DNA of 63,690 nt, the filler included, from Nemertoderma westbladi (Eukaryota > Animalia > Xenacoelomorpha): assembly GCA_032718475.1 (NCBI GenBank). It is 3 parts of 3 records of this genome, joined end to end, with 100 filler letters (N's around TTAATTAATTAA, not from the genome) between each part and the next. Parts side by side here need not be neighbours in the genome. Positions count along the whole stretch, not along the records: positions 1 to 25,711 come from JAUCBJ010007124.1; 2 more parts are not named here. One strand, given 5' to 3'. The notes beneath the pieces are model-generated. The model was given only the letters and a program-made list of their open reading frames with translations. It did not search any database and was not told where the DNA came from. This document shows positions 9,694-17,556 of the stretch, piece after piece; position 1 is the stretch's first letter, and every line of letters begins with the position of its first letter. The position numbers and the translations under genes were made by a program.

Positions 9694-11899
9694 TGCGCGG
9701 GCCGAATCAGGTAAACCGCAACACCCGGCGACGGAGAGTAATAGGGGGATTGCGAGTATCCCCAGCGGCGTGCGATCGAGCAGAGAGAGGCAGGTTGACG
9801 TCGCGAGAGGGCGGACGAAGCGTCGAGCCCGATCAGAAGAGGGAAGAAGAACAGTGGAGTTTAACCGGGAGGTCGACGAGAGATCTCACGAGCGGGAATA
9901 CTGCACTGAAAGGAGAAGAAGAGAAGACAGCAGAAGAAGTATCGCCGCGAACGACAGGAGAGTGAGGACGGATAGCGAGCCGTCGGTAGTCGAGATGGAA
10001 AGAGAGAGTCGGTGGGGTCGAACTTCGGGAGATTGCCGTCGTCCCGGAGAGACGCGACCTGACGAGACGCGTTACGCGTCGAGAGAGGGGTACACGATGT
10101 ACCGGCACGAAGACGAGAGTAGTAGAGGGGGTCGAAGAGAAACTTTCCGACGGGATATACCTACAGATCGAGAGTACGGTAGCCGCGGGGAGGATTATTC
10201 GAGAAGAATAAACTTCGATCCCGAGCAACACATACAGACTGTAGGACATACTGTAGGCCTTACTGCACATACCATAGGCCATGCTGACAGGAATAATGTA
10301 GGCGATAGGATAGCGCGGACGACGGAATTAAACCCGGAAGTCGCGGAGTACATACCGGCAGGTAGGCCAGAAGCTGATAGGCCTATACCGGTACCAGTAC
10401 AGCAGTATGACTACAGCATGCAAGGACATAACATATACCCAGGGGAGGGGGGAATTATTGCGGATAGATGCATGGGCCCCAATATATTAACATCAACCCC
10501 AGTACCAAACATACCGGTGGGGGGGGGGGGGGGACAGGGTGACATTCCCCCATCGCAATATCAACAATATACCCCGATAGGAGCAAGAACAACGAGACCC
10601 TTGGATGGAAATAGGTCATGTGACACAGAAATATGGAGGGGGCCGCTACCCCCAATGATATACCCAAGCCAAAGAAAGGCAGAAAATAGGACGGGCGGAC
10701 CACACCCAACAGGAGAAACTATACAACATCCATCGAATCCATTGGAAGCGCAGGCGATGGGGATGGCCACGTTGATCGATGCATTAAAAACAAGGATCGA
10801 ATTACCACCCGTGGAACCATTCAAATTCGATGGGAGTAGGCCGGAAGAATATCTCCAGTTTCGGCGTATGTATAGTAACGAAATACTAACAAAGAACTTG
10901 ACGCAGGCGGAGTGCCTAAAGTATCTGCAAGTATACACAGGAGGCCCAGCATACGACATCGTGAGGCAATATCAGGGCATAGAGGGCGGCTTCACGACGG
11001 CATGGCGGGCACTGGACAGGGAATACGGGCACCCGGCCAAGATCATCAGGCAGACCCTGAGAGGCATAACATCGGGTGGCCTACAGGATAATCCCGTTAG
11101 CATTAAGACATTCGCGAACAAGGTCGAGAAGGCGCTAATCGTGTTAAAGACGCTAGACGCGCCATATGAACTCAACGCGTCCAACAACATCACCACGATA
11201 GCGCAGGCACTACCGATGTGGTTGCGCAACAAGTGGAGGAAAATCGCTTTCTCCACTCGAGATAGGAAGGGTGCGGAACCGGGTTTAGAAGAAATGTCAA
11301 GCTTCTTAAACTACGAAGCTGAACTAATAACCGACCCAGTCTATAGCGAAGATAGCCTGGGAAAGGGACCGAAGACGGATTACCATAGACCGAAACCAGA
11401 GCACAATATGTCAAACGCATTACCGAAGCTCAGGCAATCACTGCCATATGCAGCAACGCAGGGGACTGCAAGTCCACAGGTAGCCGAAGGTAAGACCACA
11501 CCATGGAACGGACAGGGGAACAATAACAACACGAATAAATATAACCCCAGTACGTCCAGTAGGCCGAACCCAAACAATAAGAATAGTAGGGACTTTGGTA
11601 CAAACGCAGCTGCGATACGCAATGCACTGTATAAGGAGGGCTACGACCCAAAGAGCAAATGCCAGCTACATACAAATGCGCTTCATCAAACCATGAACTG
11701 CAGGTACTGGCAGGCGCTACCCAGGGAAGATCAGGTAGAATATGCGGCGAGGAATGAGATCTGCTCGCGATGTGTGATGAGTGGACATAGAGCTAGGCAG
11801 TGCAAGGAGACGCCGGTCAAGTTTGGTCAAAGGAGAGGCCAAACGATGGCAACGAGCACAGTAGGGGCGAGAAGAGAGGAACGGTGCTACTTGGAGTAG
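9596..11899 (+). CDS. gag: Gag segment 3: BEL/Pao capsid-like (DUF1759-type) domain and Cys/His knuckles
   Basis: ELPPVEPFKFDG..EYLQF...LKYL...A..L..EYGHP; CQLHTNALHQTMNC; CSRCVMSGHRARQC. Confidence 0.85.
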   Translation: MAKGGGGYRSPTTRSWWREGGGAESVPQASADNARAESGKPQHPATESNRGIASIPSGVRSSRERQVDVARGRTKRRARSEEGRRTVEFNREVDERSHEREYCTERRRREDSRRSIAANDRRVRTDSEPSVVEMERESRWGRTSGDCRRPGETRPDETRYASREGYTMYRHEDESSRGGRRETFRRDIPTDREYGSRGEDYSRRINFDPEQHIQTVGHTVGLTAHTIGHADRNNVGDRIARTTELNPEVAEYIPAGRPEADRPIPVPVQQYDYSMQGHNIYPGEGGIIADRCMGPNILTSTPVPNIPVGGGGGQGDIPPSQYQQYTPIGARTTRPLDGNRSCDTEIWRGPLPPMIYPSQRKAENRTGGPHPTGETIQHPSNPLEAQAMGMATLIDALKTRIELPPVEPFKFDGSRPEEYLQFRRMYSNEILTKNLTQAECLKYLQVYTGGPAYDIVRQYQGIEGGFTTAWRALDREYGHPAKIIRQTLRGITSGGLQDNPVSIKTFANKVEKALIVLKTLDAPYELNASNNITTIAQALPMWLRNKWRKIAFSTRDRKGAEPGLEEMSSFLNYEAELITDPVYSEDSLGKGPKTDYHRPKPEHNMSNALPKLRQSLPYAATQGTASPQVAEGKTTPWNGQGNNNNTNKYNPSTSSRPNPNNKNSRDFGTNAAAIRNALYKEGYDPKSKCQLHTNALHQTMNCRYWQALPREDQVEYAARNEICSRCVMSGHRARQCKETPVKFGQRRGQTMATSTVGARREERCYLE

Positions 11900-12654
11900 T
11901 ACCCGTGCGAGTGATTGGGGAAGGCAATCGATCAATAACAACATTAATGCTGGTTGATAGTGGAGCTGCCTTCACATTAATCGAAGAATGGGTGGCCGAA
12001 GAGATAGGATTGAGAACGAGGCCAAGTAGAATGGCGGTAACAACCATCTCTAGCAAAGATGAGATCCTGGAGATGAGAACAGGACGGTGCGCAATTGCAG
12101 CAGTGGCACCAGGATGCGACTATGGGGCAACCATCGACCCCATCCAAGTGATAGAGTCAATTAATATCAACGCCAGGCGGCCAACCAACATCGAGGTCGA
12201 GCAGTATAAATTCCTGGACGACATTGACTTCTCAATCCCAGACGTGGACGTTAGGAAGGTGTCCATCATAGTAGGTATGGACTGCCCAACGGCCCACGAA
12301 AGAATGCAAACGGTCTTCGGCGAAGACAAGCAGAGTGACCCGGTGGCCATATTAACACCATTCGGGTGGACGCTGAGTGGTCCAATCAAGAGTAAGATAC
12401 CATTTAGGATGTCGGAGACATCAGGATGCATGTTCGCGGGAGCAATGCAGGAAATGGGTGACGAGGGAGCAGAGGAGCAGCTTAAAAGACTGCTCAGACA
12501 GTATTTCGAGGGACTGAAAGAAACTGGGGTCGGGACCTCGGTAGAAGACAAACAGGCTTTAAAGAGCGTGGAGGAATCGATGACTATGCGACGAGGGGTG
12601 GTATACAATAGGAATGGTATGGAAACTACCGAAGATACCGCTACCCGACAATAG
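11800..12654 (+). CDS. pol: Aspartic protease segment of BEL/Pao polyprotein (frameshifted)
   Basis: LLGVVPV...LMLVDSGAAFTLI; IIVGMD; TPFGWTLSGP. Confidence 0.85.
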   Translation: MQGDAGQVWSKERPNDGNEHSRGEKRGTVLLGVVPVRVIGEGNRSITTLMLVDSGAAFTLIEEWVAEEIGLRTRPSRMAVTTISSKDEILEMRTGRCAIAAVAPGCDYGATIDPIQVIESININARRPTNIEVEQYKFLDDIDFSIPDVDVRKVSIIVGMDCPTAHERMQTVFGEDKQSDPVAILTPFGWTLSGPIKSKIPFRMSETSGCMFAGAMQEMGDEGAEEQLKRLLRQYFEGLKETGVGTSVEDKQALKSVEESMTMRRGVVYNRNGMETTEDTATRQ

Positions 12655-14080
12655 GGGGATGGTACTCACGAGACTCCGCAAGCTGAAACAAACACTAAAA
12701 CGGAGCCCCAAGAAGAATGAGTACATCCACAGAACGATTAAGAAGTACGTCGAGAAAGGATGGGCCGTGGAGTTACCGGTCGACGAGCCGAACACGGACA
12801 GGATATATTACCTGCCACTACACGTGGCTTTAGACCCAAAGAAAGGTAAACTACGGATGGTAGTCGACGCATCAGCAAAGACAGACGGAAAATGCTTAAA
12901 CGATTACCTGTTAGAAGGCCCAAACATATACAACTCGGGCATAGAGGTCCTACTTAGATTTAGAAATGGGAAACACGCCTTCACGTGTGACATAGAAGGC
13001 ATGTTCAACCAAGTCCGTGTAATGGAAGAAGATAGCGACAGTCAGCGCTTCTTATGGTATAACGGCGAGGAAGAACCGCCGATAATACCAGCATATAAGA
13101 TGGTAGTACAAAACATGGGGGCCAAGTCGTCTTCATTTACGACGACTATGGCAGTGAGAGACACAGTGAAGGGGAAGGAAGATAGATACAGCAGTAGGGC
13201 CGTCGATATGATTCGACGCGGCTTCTACGTAGACGACGGAATGGAGTCTGGAAATACGGTTAAGGAGATACTGGACACAGGGCGCGAGGTTCGCGACATC
13301 CTAAAGGGATCCGGCTTTAACCTGACCAAATTCCAATCCAGTTCGGAAGAATTTATCAAGGCGATAGAGGACAGGAGACCAGAATCGACCATGGATAATC
13401 CCACAACAGTCAAAGGGCAGGACATGGCGATTAAGAGAACAGAATCTCAACAGAAGGCATTGGGAATCGTGTGGGATAGAGAGACAGACGCACTGAAGTA
13501 TCAGCTGAGCCAGGAGGGCGCAGGCATCCACACGAAGAGGGGCTATGTATCGTATATAGCAAGGATATACGATCCCCTAGGCCTAGCATCCCCATTATTA
13601 GTCACGGGGAAACAGATACTCAAGAGAGTATACAAATTGAAGGATGAGTGGGACGTAGAGGTACCAGAGGAAATCAAGAAACAGTGGAGCAAGTGGACAA
13701 GAGACTTGGAGAAGATGGGAACATACAACATGCCTCGAGTGTATTTCCCGGATGGGAACATGACGAGTCTGGACCTATACATGTTCTCCGATGCGTCGTT
13801 GGAGGCGTACGGAGCGGCACTCTATTTAGTACAACGAGAGGGGGCTCACAAGCCCAGACTGGCCTTTAGCAAAGCTAAGTCAACGCCGTCAGATTCAGCA
13901 TCAGTTCCCAAACTAGAATTGACAGCTGCCAGACTAGGAGTTAGGGCCACGGCCTACCTACTGGATACTATTCCCAACATAGTGGAGACACACTACTGGA
14001 CGGATTCCATGGTAGTGCTTGGTTGGCTACATAACGAAAGGACGAGATACCCTATATTCGTCGCGAATAGGGTGATATAG
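12614..14080 (+). CDS. pol: Reverse transcriptase and RNase H (first copy) segment
   Basis: YYLPLH, KLRMVVDAS, CLND.L..GP, CDIEGMF, QRFLW, FYVDD, LGIVWD, YDPLG, FSDAS..AYGA, WTDS. Confidence 0.92.
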   Translation: MVWKLPKIPLPDNRGMVLTRLRKLKQTLKRSPKKNEYIHRTIKKYVEKGWAVELPVDEPNTDRIYYLPLHVALDPKKGKLRMVVDASAKTDGKCLNDYLLEGPNIYNSGIEVLLRFRNGKHAFTCDIEGMFNQVRVMEEDSDSQRFLWYNGEEEPPIIPAYKMVVQNMGAKSSSFTTTMAVRDTVKGKEDRYSSRAVDMIRRGFYVDDGMESGNTVKEILDTGREVRDILKGSGFNLTKFQSSSEEFIKAIEDRRPESTMDNPTTVKGQDMAIKRTESQQKALGIVWDRETDALKYQLSQEGAGIHTKRGYVSYIARIYDPLGLASPLLVTGKQILKRVYKLKDEWDVEVPEEIKKQWSKWTRDLEKMGTYNMPRVYFPDGNMTSLDLYMFSDASLEAYGAALYLVQREGAHKPRLAFSKAKSTPSDSASVPKLELTAARLGVRATAYLLDTIPNIVETHYWTDSMVVLGWLHNERTRYPIFVANRVI

Positions 14081-14785
14081 AATAGATAAGGGCGACTACA
14101 GAATTGGAAAGGTGGCATTACTGCCCAACGGACGAGAACCCAGCAGACTTGTTATCAAGGGGCATGGCACGCCACACTTTCTTAAAAAAGGAAGGATTGT
14201 GGCAACACGGGCCGCAGTTTCTGAGCGACAAAGAGGCCTGGCCGCCGATGAGAAAGGTGGACCCGGGCTCAGGAGAGGTAGTGTCAGAAGGAGAAGAGGG
14301 AGACTCAGAGGGAGAAGAGATAAGCCCAGACTAGCCTTTAGTAAAGCAAAGTCAACGCCGCCATATTCAGCATCAGTTCCCAAGTTAGAATTGACAGCTG
14401 CGAGACTAGGAGTTAGAGCCACAGCCTACTTAGTGGATACTATTCCCAACATAGTGGAGACACACTACTGGACGGACTCCATGGTAGTGCTTGGTTGGCT
14501 ACATAACGAAAGGACGAGATACCCGATATTCGTCGCAAATAGAGTGGACGAAATAAGGGCGACCACAGAACTGGAAAGGTGGCACTACTGCCCAACAGAC
14601 GAGAACCCAGCGGACTTGCTGTCGAGGGGCGTAGAACGCCACACTTTCCTGAAGAAGGAAGTATTGTGGCAGCATGGGCCACAATTTCTGAGCGATAAGG
14701 AGGCCTGGCCGCCGATGAGAAGGGTGGACCCGGGCTCAGAAGTGGTATCAGAAGGAGAAGAGGGAGATTCAGAGGGAGAAGAGAT
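13850..14785 (+). repeat. Tandem duplication of the RNase H C-terminal region (13850-14321 / 14322-14785)
   Basis: Both copies start aagcccagact and end gagggagaagagat; copy 1 has a frameshift/stop near 14075-14090. Confidence 0.9.
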
Positions 14786-15302
14786 ATACTCCCAGATGGT
14801 GAGGGAGATTAGGGACGTGCAACCAGGACGAGAACTGTGCGATAATCCGACAGATAAACTCCTCAGTTACAGTTCTAGTTGGTATAAGACCAAGAAACTA
14901 GTGGCGTACTGGAGAGCCTTCGGGAATTTCCTTGCGGGAGTTGGTAAGGACAAGAAGACCAGGACAACCATAGATCTGGAAGGAGCGGCCAAGGCAGTGA
15001 TCCGCTATGAACAACGGAAGAACTACGGCGACGAGATGGAACGCGTCGGTAACCAACAGCACCTCCGATGGGACAGCGAGCTGATTACGCTGTCGCCACA
15101 ACTCAATGACGACGGGATTCTAGTAATGAATTCTAGGGTGGGATACAACAACAGCATAGTCGTACCACCGAAACCCATCATCATTCCTACAGGATCGCCG
15201 ATAGTCCATCAGATTATATGGGACTCCCACAAATCCATATTGCATGGGGGCACCAACCGAACCCTCACAGAGATAGGAGGACCTATTGGGTCAAACAATT
15301 GA
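14322..15302 (+). CDS. pol: RNase H (second copy), linker and start of integrase zinc-binding domain
   Basis: Within ORF 14112-15302: KPRLAFSKAK, SVPKLEL, FVANRVDEI, ENPADLLSRG, LWQHGPQFL, H...LHGG. Confidence 0.88.
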   Translation, partial: KPRLAFSKAKSTPPYSASVPKLELTAARLGVRATAYLVDTIPNIVETHYWTDSMVVLGWLHNERTRYPIFVANRVDEIRATTELERWHYCPTDENPADLLSRGVERHTFLKKEVLWQHGPQFLSDKEAWPPMRRVDPGSEVVSEGEEGDSEGEEIYSQMVREIRDVQPGRELCDNPTDKLLSYSSSWYKTKKLVAYWRAFGNFLAGVGKDKKTRTTIDLEGAAKAVIRYEQRKNYGDEMERVGNQQHLRWDSELITLSPQLNDDGILVMNSRVGYNNSIVVPPKPIIIPTGSPIVHQIIWDSHKSILHGGTNRTLTEIGGPIGSNN

Positions 15303-16334
15303 GGAAGAAGGTAAAAGCGGTAGTGGGGCAGTGCCAGACATGCCGACGAGCGAAGAAGGAGCGAGCGGTACAGGAGATGGCGCCACTACCGGCGAGTAGG
15401 GTAAGACAGCACGACCCGCCATTTACGCATTGCGGTGTGGACATGTTCGGGCCGATAAAGATCAAAGTGATGCGACACACGGAGAAACGCTACGGCATTA
15501 TCTTCGTATGCAACAACACACGGGCGGTAGGGATAGAACTCGCCCAAGATGCAACCGCATCAGCATTCATTAATGCCTTAGAAAGGTTTAGGGACCGCAA
15601 AGGTGGGACGATCGCAGTGATATACAGCGACAACGGCACCAACTTTGTGGGCGCAGAGAATGAGATGGCAGAGGCATTGGACATCTTGGAGGGAGAAGAA
15701 GTCAGGGCAGCCATGAGAAGACGACAAGTAAAGTGGGAGAGGAGGACGCCGTATGCACCACATACACTAGGATGCGTCGAGAGACTGGTGGGCAGTTCAA
15801 AGCGTCTCATGACGAAGCTAATGAACACCCACATGGTCACCGAGGACGTCTTGAGAACGGTGCTTGCGAAGTGCGAGGGTATCATTAATAGTAGACCGCT
15901 ATATACGGAGAATGATGACCCTGAGTCATTAGATGTGCTGACGCCCAGCCATTTTCTAATGGAAAGGCCAGCGACCATCGATATGCGGGGTGTAGACCCA
16001 GATGACATACACTCCCGCCAGAGTTGGAAGGTCGCTAAAGCGATAAGCGCAGAATACTGGAGAAGGTGGGTTGAGGAATACCTACCCACGCTTCACAAAA
16101 GAAGCAAGTGGAGGAAGTCGAATAGAGAGAGGAGAGGGAGATCTCGTAATCGTCACGGATGATACTATCATCAACAACCAGTGGCGGTTGGCGAGAGTTG
16201 TAGGCACTTACTCCGATGAGGACGGAAGAGTCCGATCGGTAGAAGTGCGGATAGGGGGCAAGATAGGTGTGAAAGACAGAAAAACCTACAGGAGAGCTGT
16301 AGGGAAATGCTGTCTATTAGAAGGGGCACCTTAG
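15218..16334 (+). CDS. pol: Integrase core and C-terminal (DUF5641-type) region, frameshifted near 16130
   Basis: YWV...CQTC; MAPLP..RV; GVDMFGP; SDNGTNF; VERLV; INSRPL; LTPSHFL; WRRWVEEYL; GDLVIV...WRLARVV..DGRVRSVEV. Confidence 0.92.
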
Positions 16335-16470
16335 ATCGTTTGTTAGGAAGGATTTAGTCGTCCAAGTTTTGGACTGAGGGGGGTTGGGATTGAGGGTGAG
16401 ACGCCCTTCCCACACATAAAATAAAAATAAAATAATATAAAAATTAGAGTTAGTCAGTTAGTTAGGAGTT

Positions 16471-17117
16471 AGTTAGAAGGTACGTAGTACCTAGAGTTAG
16501 TTAGTTAGTCAGTTAGAAGGTACGTAGTACCTAGAGTTAGTTAGTTAGTCAGTTAGAAGGTACGTAGTACCTAGAGTTAGTTAGTTAGTCAGTTAGAAGG
16601 TACGTAGTACCTAGAGTTAGTTAGTTAGTCAGTTAGAAGGTACGTAGTACCTAGAGTTAGTTAGTTAGTCAGTTAGAAGGTACGTAGTACCTAGAGTTAG
16701 TTAGTTAGTCAGTTAGAAGGTACGTAGTACCTAGAGTTAGTTAGTTAGTTAGTTAGAAGGTACGTAGTACCGAGTGTTAGGAGTCAGTTAGTTAGAGGTG
16801 TTAGAGAAGTAGTAAGAGGGTACGTAGTACCGGTGGTTAGTAGAGTTAGAGGTTAGTAAGAGGGTACGTAGTACCGGTTAGTAAGAGTAGAGTTGGAAGT
16901 TAGTAAGAGGGTATGTAGTACCGATAGTTAGTGGAGTAGGTAGAGGGTACGTAGTACCGTTAGTTAGAGAGTAGTAAGAGGGTACGTAGTACCATTAGTG
17001 GAGTTAGAGTAAGAGTTAGAGGGTACGTAGTACCGCTAGTTAGGGAGAGAGAGTAAGAGTTAGAGGGTACGTAGTACCGATAGTTAGTTGGAGGTTAGTA
17101 AGAGGGTACGTAGTACC
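16471..17117 (+). repeat. Array of 16 GGTAC-GTA-GTACC hairpins: 8 in near-perfect 40-bp units, 8 with variable purine-rich spacers
   Basis: Unit agttagaaggtacgtagtacctagagttagttagttagtc from 16471; further cores at ~16819, 16863, 16910, 16946, 16981, 17022, 17066, 17105. Confidence 0.9.
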
Positions 17118-17556
17118 GATTAGTAAGAGATAGAGGTGGAAGGGTATATATAGTATAGATATTAGTCAGTAGTTAGTAGCGAGAGGGGGGCATATGAGTA
17201 CAGTTGGATAGATCGTGTAGGCCACGCGACATATACTGCTGTACTGCACAGGCCCATAGAGTAGGTCAGAATGTGGATTACGAAATAGAATAATCCATAA
17301 ACAGTAAAGTAGTAGAATTAAGTTAAATTAAAAATAAATAGAATAAATAGGGCTAAAAATTACAAATTATGGTAACAGAAGGGAAATTATTCTGGAACAT
17401 AATTAAAGCAACGGACAGAAATTGCAAATAGGGTACATTTGTTAGCTACAAAATTAGGTAATAGAAATTTAGGCTAAAAGGCGTAGTTAGATAGAAAATA
17501 GGCCATTCTCGAACTGTGCAGACCATCAGAAACTTATCACTCATCTGTATTGCACC

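Noticed and set aside
16800-17117. CRISPR-like array (palindromic repeat with variable spacers)
   Set aside because: Repeat core only 13-17 bp, spacers are mutually related low-complexity gttag/agt sequence, no cas genes, inside a eukaryotic retrotransposon
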